A stretch of DNA of 64,000 nucleotides. Origin: Bdellovibrionales bacterium. Lineage in GTDB: Bacteria > Bdellovibrionota > Bdellovibrionia > Bdellovibrionales > UBA1609. Shown here in pieces: positions 47,844 through 58,544 of this stretch. The stretch spans positions 32,001-96,000 of the forward strand of contig CBDHDF010000010.1 in the NCBI GenBank assembly GCA_965261545.1, written 5' to 3'. Position 1 is the first letter of the stretch; each line of letters starts with the position of its first letter. Both the position numbers and the translations under genes were made by a program. The notes below the pieces were generated by a model that had not been told where the DNA came from, made no database searches, and saw only the letters and a program-made list of their open reading frames with translations.

Positions 47844-50800
47844 ATGATGAAAGAGAAGAATATAAATTACAAAATAAACCATAAGATAAATCATAAAGTA
47901 AAGGACGTCATTCTCTTTGCACTTATGACATTGCTTTTTGGATGTTCAGCCATCAAAGATGACAAAATCAGCAAAGAAGAGATGATAAATAATCTTTTTG
48001 AATCTATTGCCACCAAGGATACAAAGGCGACTCATTCTCTTATAGAAAATAAGGTCGATATTAATGCTTATGATTCTGAAGGATACACTCCTTTGATGAG
48101 AGTTGTTAAATCTTACGATTCAAATTTAGCTGAAAAACTCATTCATTCTGGGGCTAAGATATACCAGCCTCATAAAAAATATGAGCATCTAACAGCTCTT
48201 TCTATGATTAGTGATGGTGAAAGAGAAATGAAAAGAATTTTTACTAATGAAATAAAGCGATATGGTACGCTTGTCGAAGAGCTTATCGTGGCTGCTAAAT
48301 ATGATAAAGCGGTAAAGTTAAGTGAATCTCACCACCTTCCTGTAGATCTTATGATGCCTGACCATCAAGGTACATCAATTCAACTTATGTCCAAAGTCTA
48401 TACGACCCAAGGAAAAGGCAAGGAGGATGTTGGGGCTATTGAATATGTGAGATATATTTTGAAGAATGTAAGATTTAAACCAAATTACCTTGTTGAGAAT
48501 GAAAATAGTTTCAGAATTATAAGACGAGCCATCGGTTACGATCCTTTGATGTTAGAAATTAAAGATACTTATATGAATACCAAGGGGTCTGTAAAGATGC
48601 AGATTGCTGAGGTCGATCAAACAGATATTCATTGGCTCACCCTCAAACTTAGGTTTATGGGGCATCAAGGGCAATCTATTCCTTTGGACGATTCACATAT
48701 AAATATATATACGAGTGTCATAGAGTCCCATGTCTCAAAATATTCTGACCAGTGCAAGACCTTAGTCCATGCTATCTTGGCAAATTCCAAGGTAAATGAG
48801 AATAAAGTAAAATTTATTGGAAAAACTCTCGATATGCTTCTTTCCAATGCAAAAGAAAGCAAGGCTTCTTTTTATTTAGCGCAAAATGTATTGGAAGCAT
48901 GGAAATCTGATGATTTGCCTAAGTCAAAAGATATTTTTAGTAAAAAAATATTAGCTCTCTTACAAGCTGTGGAATCCAGTGTAAATAATTATAAACTTAA
49001 GGATGTTACTCATCTAATAAGTCATATTTTTGACTTTACATCTTATGATCGACGCAGAGGGAATAAAGAGCATCTTCAATTTCTTGTTTCAAGTGATTTA
49101 AAAAGAGATCAAAAAATTGGTATTTTAGAAGCAATAGTTCTATTAGATGATGACGGGCTGCCTTGGAATTTTTTTAGTTATGCGATAAAAGAAGGTGGGA
49201 TGAGTGCTATTGAAATGGTGGCATCTTCCAATATTAATTATGCACCAGAAAGACAAGAGGATTCCTTAGAGAAGGCACTCTCTCATAGCCGTTCAGGACA
49301 GGAAGCGAAATCCATGCTTACACTTCTGGATAAAATGGAAGTTGGTTTCTTGAACGATCATGGAAAAAAGGCTTTAAGAATAGCCTTTGAAAAGCTATGG
49401 AGTGGAGATGAAAGCTATAGGGAACCAATAAATTTCTTTTTATCAGATAAATCATCTATTTTTCCAATAATGAGTGATGAGGAAATCATTTATCTTCTAA
49501 AAGGTCAGATTCAATTTATCAAAAAAGAAAAAGGAAAATTTGATATAATAGAAAAATTGCTAACCTCTATTGATAGGAAGTTTGACTCAAAATCATATAA
49601 TTACAATAATACGGTGCACTATAATATCGCTAACCTTGATTTTACTGTCGAGGAAGGTGCTTCAGCGAGAGTGAGTCTGCTTTGGGATTATATTCTCGTT
49701 GCCCATAGTTTGTATAAGGATTCTACTCAAAATATATTAAAAATAAAAAATATTCTCTCACTTTTACTTTCTAAATTTCCAGATGAAAATTTCTCTATTT
49801 CTTTATCTTTTAATAGAAAAAATATATATGAAACAATAGAAAAAAGAGAATCTAATTCTGTATTTAGCCGCATACTTCCTCTATCATTTATTTTATCTAT
49901 TGACTCAGAAATAATAGAATCAGCTCTTTCTGTAGAACATTCTAAAGAAAATAAGACTGATGGCATCCATATTGATCGAAATTTTCCAAATTTCTCCTGG
50001 AACGCCTTTTTATCAGGAGGATTTTACAAATATTACTCAGTTGAAAATAAATTTTGGGAGATTATCACTGAAATCATTCTCAATTCGGGGCATAGCTTTG
50101 ATCTTCCAGATGATCGTTCTTCTATAGACCTCATAAAAGTAGTGTTGCAATCAGGTAAAATGTCGATATACCCTGATTTATCTAATAGACTTATTAAAGA
50201 AAACATCTCCATTCCCGACAATCAAAACCTGTGTTCCATAGATAAAGAGAAAATAGATTCTTCAAGTATTCCAAAAGTAAAATATGAGAACGCCTCCTCC
50301 AATGACCCTCTTACTATAGCCCCTTATTGGTCTCATTTAGGTGTTTTTGAAGCCCTAAGACCTCTTAAGAAAAAAACTTGCCAAATGCGTAAGATTTCAG
50401 AAGAAGAAATCTATTTTCTTAAACAGTTTATTAAAGCCAATGCATCAACCCATATGCTTGAAAATAAACCCATCGTATGGAAAGATTTTGATAGAAAAAC
50501 CAAATATTACACACCCAAAGAAAGTCATTGCACTGACCCAGGTTTCACCTACAATAGGAGTTTAGTTAATTTAAGTACTTATTATTCTTCAATAGGAGAT
50601 TTAGTTTCTCCCAGGGAATATAAAGTAGGAGAAGGGGCTTTGTTATATGAGCTTAATTCTCAAGACAGACAATGTTATGTCTACTTTCCAAATGAACAGG
50701 TTAAGTCAACAGCCATAAGGCAGTTTTTGAGTTCTTGGTATAGCTGTTCTGTACAAAGACATGACGAAAATCTCATCAAAGTTTTCAAAGAACTTGAAGA

Positions 50801-50873
50801 GCAGCTTCAAATCCAACCTATGAACGAGTCTTCCATTAAAGAAGTTTATACTTGCCAGTGGAAGAGTTTATGA
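47844..50873 (+). CDS. Large lipoprotein with N-terminal ankyrin repeat(s)
   Basis: Lipobox LLFGC; DINAYDSEGYTPLMRVV...LIHSGA; the remainder is unrecognised. Confidence 0.7.
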   Translation: MMKEKNINYKINHKINHKVKDVILFALMTLLFGCSAIKDDKISKEEMINNLFESIATKDTKATHSLIENKVDINAYDSEGYTPLMRVVKSYDSNLAEKLIHSGAKIYQPHKKYEHLTALSMISDGEREMKRIFTNEIKRYGTLVEELIVAAKYDKAVKLSESHHLPVDLMMPDHQGTSIQLMSKVYTTQGKGKEDVGAIEYVRYILKNVRFKPNYLVENENSFRIIRRAIGYDPLMLEIKDTYMNTKGSVKMQIAEVDQTDIHWLTLKLRFMGHQGQSIPLDDSHINIYTSVIESHVSKYSDQCKTLVHAILANSKVNENKVKFIGKTLDMLLSNAKESKASFYLAQNVLEAWKSDDLPKSKDIFSKKILALLQAVESSVNNYKLKDVTHLISHIFDFTSYDRRRGNKEHLQFLVSSDLKRDQKIGILEAIVLLDDDGLPWNFFSYAIKEGGMSAIEMVASSNINYAPERQEDSLEKALSHSRSGQEAKSMLTLLDKMEVGFLNDHGKKALRIAFEKLWSGDESYREPINFFLSDKSSIFPIMSDEEIIYLLKGQIQFIKKEKGKFDIIEKLLTSIDRKFDSKSYNYNNTVHYNIANLDFTVEEGASARVSLLWDYILVAHSLYKDSTQNILKIKNILSLLLSKFPDENFSISLSFNRKNIYETIEKRESNSVFSRILPLSFILSIDSEIIESALSVEHSKENKTDGIHIDRNFPNFSWNAFLSGGFYKYYSVENKFWEIITEIILNSGHSFDLPDDRSSIDLIKVVLQSGKMSIYPDLSNRLIKENISIPDNQNLCSIDKEKIDSSSIPKVKYENASSNDPLTIAPYWSHLGVFEALRPLKKKTCQMRKISEEEIYFLKQFIKANASTHMLENKPIVWKDFDRKTKYYTPKESHCTDPGFTYNRSLVNLSTYYSSIGDLVSPREYKVGEGALLYELNSQDRQCYVYFPNEQVKSTAIRQFLSSWYSCSVQRHDENLIKVFKELEEQLQIQPMNESSIKEVYTCQWKSL

Positions 50874-52243
50874 AAAAGCCTGTGAAGAAGACGGAAAGAC
50901 CCATTTTTATCGTACTGCCTATTATTGTTTGTTTCATGGGCCTATCTTACATGTTCTTTTTATCCTTAGGCTACGACAAAGTAAAGGAGGATGTTGATAA
51001 TTATGTCGTTCAATGGGAGCAGGACATCGCTCATAATATTTTTTCTAAAGAGAATCCAGTTCTTTTAAAAAAGATATTTGAGGGCTTGAAGGCTTATCCA
51101 TTATCTAAATTTGAGCTTATCGCTGAGAAGAGACGAGTGCTTTCTTGGAGTGAAGACAAGTTGCCTGGTGGTGATTGTGACCCAGATCAAAAGATTGAGA
51201 GCCTTTTGACCTTCAATGGGCTACATTTAGGTAAGATAAAGTCTTGTATTTCAAAGGCGAAGGTTGCAAAATCGACTTTCTTTTCTCCATCATTTCTTTT
51301 CATCATATTAATCACGATATTTTTATTGTTTATTTCAGCCTTTATACCTCTTTACAGATATAAGAAGTCTCTTAATGCCATTATTGGTATATTAAAAAAT
51401 TGGCCACCCCATGAGGACTATTCAGACTTCCCAGAAAATAAGGATAAAATCACTCAGGAAGTTGTTGGGTTAGCTCGTAAAGCTATATCCACAAGACTGA
51501 ATCTAGAAGACGTACAGTCAGCGTTAAAGACTGAAAAAGAAGTGAATCGCATTATTTATCAAGTCGCCCATGATATTGTGAGTCCTTCGTCAGAACTCAA
51601 AGAAGCTATGAAGGGAGACTTGACACGAAGAGAGGTGAATGAGGTCATTCACTCGTCTATTCAGAGGATCTGTGAAGTCAGCCAAGATTTATTGAATCCC
51701 AGTAGTAAAAATAGTTATAGATTGGATCAAGTAAGGTCCACTGATATATCATGTATTACAAAAGAAATCCTGCGTGATAAGAGGGTTTGTTATAAAGATA
51801 TTCAGTTTAAATTAAATATTAAAAATGATGTGAGGGCTCTTTGCTCCCCTGCTGTTTTTAAAAGAATCTTATCAAATCTAATTAATAATAGCATAGAAGC
51901 CACCCCAGAACGCCAAATAGGGTCCATTGAGTGTTCCTTATTTCAAGAGGAGGAAAGTCACTCTTGTAAGATCATTATCTCTGACAAAGGTCGAGGCATT
52001 CCTACAGAGAATATGGATAAGGTGTTTGACGAATATTTTACCAGTGGGAAAAAGTCTGGCAATGGCTTGGGTCTTTATTATACAAATAAGAAGGTGAAAG
52101 AATGGGGTGGAGATATAAAGCTGCACTCACGGGTTGGAGAAGGCACGACAATGACGATAACTCTTCAATCTCGTTTTCTTAAGAATAAGAATCTAAGCAA
52201 AATGATTCCAGAAAATCAAGCAAGGACAAGGAGGGCATTGTGA
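50870..52243 (+). CDS. Membrane sensor histidine kinase
   Basis: Two TMs, QVAHDI, NLINNSIEA, DKGRGI, FTSGK, GNGLGL. Confidence 0.92.
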   Translation: MKKPVKKTERPIFIVLPIIVCFMGLSYMFFLSLGYDKVKEDVDNYVVQWEQDIAHNIFSKENPVLLKKIFEGLKAYPLSKFELIAEKRRVLSWSEDKLPGGDCDPDQKIESLLTFNGLHLGKIKSCISKAKVAKSTFFSPSFLFIILITIFLLFISAFIPLYRYKKSLNAIIGILKNWPPHEDYSDFPENKDKITQEVVGLARKAISTRLNLEDVQSALKTEKEVNRIIYQVAHDIVSPSSELKEAMKGDLTRREVNEVIHSSIQRICEVSQDLLNPSSKNSYRLDQVRSTDISCITKEILRDKRVCYKDIQFKLNIKNDVRALCSPAVFKRILSNLINNSIEATPERQIGSIECSLFQEEESHSCKIIISDKGRGIPTENMDKVFDEYFTSGKKSGNGLGLYYTNKKVKEWGGDIKLHSRVGEGTTMTITLQSRFLKNKNLSKMIPENQARTRRAL

Positions 52244-52779
52244 GCTACATTTCATTAAGAAATCAATTATTAGTGGTCATATTGTCGATGACTTTAGCCT
52301 CTTGTGCCACAAACTCGCAGTCAAGGTGGGTGACAATAGGGATTGCGGCCCCCATTGGGGCCGGAGTTGGAGCCTTATCGGCCCCCCGTAAAGAAAAACC
52401 AGAGTTTCATGCCTTAACCTGGGGTGCTCTCTTTGCAGCGGGAGCTGCTATTTTTGGAAACTATTATTATAATGATGATAAGGAAATTGAACGCTTGAGA
52501 TCGGAACTGGACCTTCTTAAGAACCCCCAACTGGAAATCCTTACTCAGGGAGAAGGATATTTCAAAGACCCAATCACGGGAAATAAATCAGAAAACCTTG
52601 TAAAATGGAAGATTTATAAAATCGACAAATGGGTGTCTGATGGTAAAAATACCAAATATCACCAAGATTTAATGGCTACAACAGAGAAAGTAGAGGCAAA
52701 AAAGGAGGGGTATAAAATACCTTTAAAAAATCCTCCCATAAAAAATAATAAAAATGAAAAGGGTGGGGAAAATGACTAA
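52240..52779 (+). CDS. Lipoprotein with glycine-zipper segment
   Basis: Lipobox LASC, GAGVGA segment, coiled coil; coupled to its neighbours. Confidence 0.65.
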   Translation: MSYISLRNQLLVVILSMTLASCATNSQSRWVTIGIAAPIGAGVGALSAPRKEKPEFHALTWGALFAAGAAIFGNYYYNDDKEIERLRSELDLLKNPQLEILTQGEGYFKDPITGNKSENLVKWKIYKIDKWVSDGKNTKYHQDLMATTEKVEAKKEGYKIPLKNPPIKNNKNEKGGEND

Positions 52780-53803
52780 GCGCATATTATATGGCACCGT
52801 TTTGTTGATCTTACTTCTATGGGCCTCCATAGCAACTTATTTTTTATCAGAGGAAGTTAATATTATTGAATTGGTAAAGGGAAAGTTAAGCTCTCACAAG
52901 ATAACCCCTTCTGATATAGAAGAAGATTATGTATTTATCAGGTATTTTCTGAGAAAATACTACAAGATAAATGGAAAAGAGTCAACGGACCATCTAGAAA
53001 GTAAATATTTTCTCATGAAAGAACTACTGGAGGTGTCTGGAAACAAGGTTCTAAATAAATATAAAAAGAACTTGGAATATTTTTCGACAAATAACGAAAC
53101 TCAAGATTTCGTTCTCCATAAGGTGCTTCGAGATAAACAAACGGGTGTATATACCTCTTTTTTATCTATAAATCAGAGCCAATCTAAGCGAAAGTTTCTT
53201 GTTCAAGTCAACTTGAAGGTTTCTAGAAACACGAAGAGTTCTATGCTAGGAGATCGTATGCCAGGAGACAGTCATCTGAAAAATCGTCGAATTTTACATT
53301 GGGATGAGGTGTTATTAAGCACGCCTCCTAGCGGACTGTTGAAAAATGAGGTCTACGTCGGGGCAGATACCCTCTCTCGCCTTCAAATGCCTTGTACTGT
53401 TAAGTTCATATCTTCTCCTTCATCTTCACCACCACCACCTTCTTCGCCTACCCCGGAGGGGCCTACAAAACACTCTAAAAAGAAGAAGAACCATTCCGTG
53501 GAGGATGGCAATATGGATGGTGGAAATATAGAAATGACTCGTAATGCATCTTCCCGGATTGTTAAATTTCACTCCAAAGGTAAGGTCCCCAAGCCCTCTC
53601 AATTTAACGTGAATTGCCAAGGCCGGTCTTTTCAGGTCAGTTTGATTCATAGTGAGGAGTGGTTGACCGTCTATCAGTCTATCGACCCCTCCAGTGGAAT
53701 CAAAAAGAAGAGAAGAAAGAAAAAGAAAAGGTTGAGTGCAAGAGCAAAAATCAAAAAAGATATTGAAAATCTATTTGGGATTGAGGTCACCAAAATGAAG
53801 TGA
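52772..53803 (+). CDS. Membrane-anchored hypothetical protein, possibly VirB8/TraE-like
   Basis: Single N-terminal TM, FIRYFLRKYY helix then beta-rich region, Pro/Ser linker, basic tail. Confidence 0.45.
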   Translation: MTKRILYGTVLLILLLWASIATYFLSEEVNIIELVKGKLSSHKITPSDIEEDYVFIRYFLRKYYKINGKESTDHLESKYFLMKELLEVSGNKVLNKYKKNLEYFSTNNETQDFVLHKVLRDKQTGVYTSFLSINQSQSKRKFLVQVNLKVSRNTKSSMLGDRMPGDSHLKNRRILHWDEVLLSTPPSGLLKNEVYVGADTLSRLQMPCTVKFISSPSSSPPPPSSPTPEGPTKHSKKKKNHSVEDGNMDGGNIEMTRNASSRIVKFHSKGKVPKPSQFNVNCQGRSFQVSLIHSEEWLTVYQSIDPSSGIKKKRRKKKKRLSARAKIKKDIENLFGIEVTKMK

Positions 53804-53810
53804 TAAATGT

Positions 53811-53832
53811 AGGGGCAGTCATGGGATTGCCC
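53811..53832 (+). terminator. Hairpin after the regulatory operon
   Basis: GGGGCAGTC-ATGG-GATTGCCCC stem-loop just after the 53803 stop; weak U tract. Confidence 0.4.
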
Positions 53833-54104
53833 CAATTTGGTGGGTACTTTTGGAAGGTAAGGCTTTGCCCTCTCATAAATGACTGGTTTTCGCCCTTCCA
53901 TCGGGGCCAAGAATCATATATATATATTATTTATAACGTAACATATTAGATTGAGTGTGTTAAAAATTGGTGAGTTCTAACTGAGTGAAAAGAAATTCAA
54001 TGAGAGGCACTTTTGAAAAATCTACTTTTACCGCAATCATATTTTCACCTAATCAAGCTGTTTTGACGCCGTGAGATAAATTGTGCAACTTAATAGGAGC
54101 TACC

Positions 54105-55058
54105 ATGAATCAAACCCAACAAGCTAAAAAAGTTTGGAAAGATATTCCTAACGATATGAGATTAAAAATTTTAAACAACGTTTGGTGTACTCACTGCTCT
54201 AAAGTAATTAGTGTGGGAAACACTACAATGCATATTGCCAGTAGCCATCTCATCATTCGTGGTCACTGCACACTGTGTGGAAATCATGTAGCTAGGCTTG
54301 TGGAAGAAGTCGGGGCAAATGCAAACTCTACTTCAAAAAGGACAAGTCAATCCACTAACAAAACTAAAAATGTCAATCCAGATATTTCAAAATTGGTTCA
54401 ATTTCGTTCTGGAACCAAAGCAGCAATGATGGTTGAAAGTGTAAAGAGTCTAAGAATAAAATCATCTGATGAGTGGGACTTTAAAGAGACTTTCCCTGAT
54501 ACAGATGTCACCCTTTCCCCACCCTACGATAGTATTTTTAAAACGGGACCAAGACCTTCATGGGAAATGCAAAATATTCTACCAGGCTACGACCCAGAGG
54601 ACTTTGATTGTCCAATAAGTATTGGAATTGACATTCTAGATTCCGGTGATTGGCATGGAGCTATAAGGCACATGAAAAAACTCTTAAAGCAAGATAATCG
54701 GTGTTTAGATGCCTATGCCCACCTTGGAAATTGGTATTTGAAATCTAAAGAGTTGACGGATCTAAATACGGCAAAAAATTATTATAAAACTGGAAGTGCC
54801 ATTGGCTTGAAGTCTATTGGTAAAAAAAGAGCAAACGATGTTTTTCCATGGGGCTTGATAGATAATCGTCCGTTTTTTCGCTGTCTTCACGGTTTAGGAC
54901 TTTGTTTCTACAGACAAGAAAAGCCAATAGAAGCCTTCACTATTTTCTCAAAAATGATCTGGATGAACCCCGGAGATAATCAAGGAGTTAGGTTCTTGGT
55001 TCATGACCTAGTAAATGGATTGACATATAAAGAGTCTGTAAAAAAGGAAGAAGTTTGA
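54105..55058 (+). CDS. Zinc-ribbon plus TPR-like protein
   Basis: WCTHC...HCTLCG; LDAYAHLG, NRPFFRCLHGLG, NPGDNQGVRF. Confidence 0.7.
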   Translation: MNQTQQAKKVWKDIPNDMRLKILNNVWCTHCSKVISVGNTTMHIASSHLIIRGHCTLCGNHVARLVEEVGANANSTSKRTSQSTNKTKNVNPDISKLVQFRSGTKAAMMVESVKSLRIKSSDEWDFKETFPDTDVTLSPPYDSIFKTGPRPSWEMQNILPGYDPEDFDCPISIGIDILDSGDWHGAIRHMKKLLKQDNRCLDAYAHLGNWYLKSKELTDLNTAKNYYKTGSAIGLKSIGKKRANDVFPWGLIDNRPFFRCLHGLGLCFYRQEKPIEAFTIFSKMIWMNPGDNQGVRFLVHDLVNGLTYKESVKKEEV

Positions 55059-55184
55059 AGAATCACTTTTTCAAAAGGAAATCTGATTTTTCTTTCAGAT
55101 TGGTCAGATTTTACTACAAACCTAAAAATATTTACTGATTTTAGTGCAATCTCTTTCCATCCAGTCAGAACTCACAATTTTCCT

Positions 55185-55887
55185 TCATTCATTTTTTGGG
55201 CTAAATTCAATAGGGAAAAACATTTGGACCTTGGTCCCGTAATTCTCATAACTTTCCAAAGATACCTGCCCTCCATGTAGTTCAATAAAATATTTGACAA
55301 AATAGAGTCCGAGTCCAGTGCCTTTGGTTGAGTTGATGTGTTGGGGGGACCTATAGTATTTTTGAAAGACCTTTTTGCAATCAGCTTCATTGATACCAGA
55401 ACCTTCATCAATGATATCGACTAAAATTTGATTGTCTTCTTCGTAAGTTCTGATAAAGATACACCCCCCTATATTGGAGTATTTGATGGCATTTTCAATA
55501 ACATTGAAAAAAATTTTCTTGTATAATGGCCGTATCTAGCTCAACCAAGAAGAGAGGTTCCAATGTTTTTTCAATAGTAATGCTTTTCTTTTTAACAAGG
55601 ATATCGAATTTTTGAATAACATCCTCAATGGTTTCATTTATATCTGTAGGTTCTTTGTTTATATGAAAAGTTCCTGAATCAACTTGAATAGCTTTTAGAA
55701 TGTTGTTGATGAAACGACTGAGATCACAGCTTGTTACATGTATATTTCTTATGTCTTGAATGTGATGACTTGAGATATTTTCTAATTCTAAGCGGCTACA
55801 GATAGACTGAATTTTCACAATAGATGATTTTAAATCGTGGGTCATAAGGTCTATAAAATTAATTTTTAGGTCTTCATTTTGTGTCAT
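55185..55887 (-). pseudogene. Sensor-less histidine kinase (HisKA plus HATPase) with frameshift near 55508-55518
   Basis: MTHDLKSS in one frame; NVIENAIKYS, DEGSGI, GLGLYFVKYFIELHGG in the shifted frame. Confidence 0.75.
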
Positions 55888-56053
55888 GATGAAATTCCAA
55901 TGGTTAGTGAACAAGAAAATAACTGGGAAAATGGTTTGAAATCTGAATTAATCTTCAGGTCTAAGCCTATCATAGGGTAACATTCACCTTGTATTTTTGG
56001 GGGATTCAAGTTATTTAGCCCCTATGTGAGTCAAAAATTTAAATCGTAAATCC

Positions 56054-56478
56054 TTAATTTTCTTTTCTGACATTTTCTGATTTCATTTTGCTTTTTGTTT
56101 TTTTGCTTAGGAGTTTAAACTTAATGGCAAATTCATCTGCTATAGCAACCTCTATTCTCCCTTTAATAGAAGAGTAAAGAGGTAATTTGTGTTCCTTGAT
56201 TGATCCTTTAGCTCGAAGAGCATTTTCTGAAGTGGGTAACTGAACAACAACGGTATTGAAGCGATGCTTGGGGAAATATAATCTTGGGGCTTTTATAAGC
56301 TTATTAAATTCAATCTCTATGTATTCAGGTATGAGGCTTCCAATGGTGTTATTTTTCTTAGACTTTCCCCGTATAACGCTCAGGGCTTGAGTAAACCATA
56401 CGAGGTATTCTTCTTGATCCTTGAAAATGTTTTCCACACCTAGAGGTACCCCTACCTTTTCTTCTTCAATTCCCATGC
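56054..56478 (-). CDS. Hypothetical protein divergent from HTH-like gene
   Basis: ATG with GGAG RBS at 56478; no family recognised. Confidence 0.55.
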
Positions 56479-56647
56479 CTGCTCCAATATTATTGAACCT
56501 TATATTATATAATGTTCGATAATATATTACCTCAATTGGAAAAAGCAACGGATAATCTTTTCTAAGGTCATCTTTTTGGTGCTGGAAGTACTTCTATGCG
56601 TTTTGACACGACGTGTGATTTTCTGCCTATTTTAAGGAATTGTCAGT

Positions 56648-57022
56648 ATGAGTACATTGGATCAGAATGTTGAAAAGGTTTTACATGAATGGGCTGATAG
56701 AGTTGTTCCAAAGGATATGCCTATTCCTGAAATCAGAAGCTTTGCACAGAATGCAAAGCTAAATTTGGAAACACTGAAAAATGTTAGAAAAAGAAAGTCT
56801 TATCAGGCAGACACCATTGTTAGAGCTCTATTAGCCTCAGGTGTGGAATTAAAACCATTGCTTAATTTGCCAATAAATCCAAAGCTGAGTCTTTTGCCAA
56901 AAGAAAAAGAATGGATTCAGTATGGAAGGACTCTTAGTGAGAAGGAGAGGGTAGAGTTCATTGAACTTCTTAAGCACGTTAAAAAGATTATGAAGGACCG
57001 ATATAAAAAAGACCTAGATTAA
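56648..57022 (+). CDS. Xre-like HTH regulator (copy 1)
   Basis: IRSFAQNAKLNLETLKNVRKRK helix-turn-helix-like segment; AAGGA RBS. Confidence 0.6.
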   Translation: MSTLDQNVEKVLHEWADRVVPKDMPIPEIRSFAQNAKLNLETLKNVRKRKSYQADTIVRALLASGVELKPLLNLPINPKLSLLPKEKEWIQYGRTLSEKERVEFIELLKHVKKIMKDRYKKDLD

Positions 57023-57313
57023 TTTCCTTTTTTAAGTATAACGACTCCTCTTCTTTCAACCGTAGAAAGAATTGTGTGAGATGATTTAATTTTTCTTCAA
57101 TTAAAAAACTATTCCTTACCTTACCCCGGAGGGGCTGCTTTTTCAGCTTCATATCTACGAACCTCATATAATATAAGGTCCGATAATATACTATGTCAAT
57201 TAGCAAAAGCAACGGATAATCTGACTGAAGATATATATTTTGGGATGAGGAACACCAGTTGCATTTCTTTGACACAAAGCATCCTTTCTTTCCTGTTTTA
57301 AGGAATCACCAAC

Positions 57314-57688
57314 ATGGACAAATTGAATCAGAGCGTTGAGAAGGTTTTGCATGAATGGGCTGATAAAGTCGTTCCAGAGAATATGCCTATTCCTGAAATC
57401 AAGAAACTTGCACAAAAATCAAAGTTAAACTGGGAAACACTGAGAAATGTTAGAAAAAGAAAGTCTTATAAGGCAGATACCATTGTTAGGGCTTTATTGG
57501 CCTCCGGAATAGACCTGAAGTCATTGCTCAATTTACCAATAAATCCAAAGCTGAGTCTTTTGCCAAAAGAAAAAGAATGGATCCAATATGGAAGAACTCT
57601 TAGTGAGAAGGAGAGGGCAGAGTTCATTGAGCTTCTTCAACATGTCAAAAGAATTATGAAGGACCGATATAAAAAAGACCCAGATTAA
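57314..57688 (+). CDS. Xre-like HTH regulator (copy 2)
   Basis: Same length as and highly similar to 56648..57022. Confidence 0.6.
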   Translation: MDKLNQSVEKVLHEWADKVVPENMPIPEIKKLAQKSKLNWETLRNVRKRKSYKADTIVRALLASGIDLKSLLNLPINPKLSLLPKEKEWIQYGRTLSEKERAEFIELLQHVKRIMKDRYKKDPD

Positions 57689-58544
57689 TCATTATCTTCT
57701 TTGAACTCCCTCCAGCCCTTTCGCTCTAATTTTTAGCCTTCTTTATCTTCTTGATCTTGAGGACCTTTCCATTTTTCATAGGGATAACTCTGTTTAAAGG
57801 AAAAGGTTGGAGAGGAAAGCATTGCTCATCAGTTTTCAATCTGAGAAAAGCTTTGGCTGACTTCAGAAATCAACCTTGATATAGCGATAGCCTTTGTTTG
57901 TCATAATTTTCCTTTCGTTGTTTGGGGTCGCTCAATCCGCACCTCTCTCTGTTTCCGCCCCTCAATTGTTCGTGCCTGTTAGCTGACAATTAAAATGCCC
58001 CACCGTCGCCAATGAAAAGTGGCCACTTTTCAGAGGAGGACCTATGGTGATTTTTGGCATTGTCAACCGAGACGCATATAATCAATTGATATTACTCATA
58101 AAAAGGCTCCGAGCTGATAAGAACTCCTTTTGGGTTCTTGTCGACCTGGAAAGGGGCTCCGTGTTGGAGAGTCCTTCCATGACAGCCTATTCAGGTTCCA
58201 TATTTCTCCCTTTGTAGACTGTTTCTGGATTTCAATGAGGTTAAATATATAGTCAAGAAAAGCCTGTTTAGGCTGTGCCCATTTTCTAAAGTATTTAAAT
58301 TCCACAAGATTCCAACATTTGCCTCAATTTTCATGGAATTTCTTTCTGAAGACAGGCTTCCCTTAAAGCCGTCGCCAATTAAAATGTCCCACTTTCAATA
58401 TGGAGGTTGTCGCCAATGAAAAGTGACCAATCTTCAGGGAGTGTTCAAATACTAGACAATGAAGTCTCTTCTTCTGATATAGATACTAAGCTCACAGAGT
58501 CCCTCCCTCTTGCAACTCAAAAGGTTAGCAATGAGGAGGATCTT

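Larger units (their letters stand above)
20572..57976. mobile_element. Integrative conjugative element (boundaries approximate; att sites not identified)
   Basis: Integrase, excisionase, relaxase, MobC, VirB4 and coupling protein in one co-oriented block, followed by regulatory and cargo genes. Confidence 0.75.
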
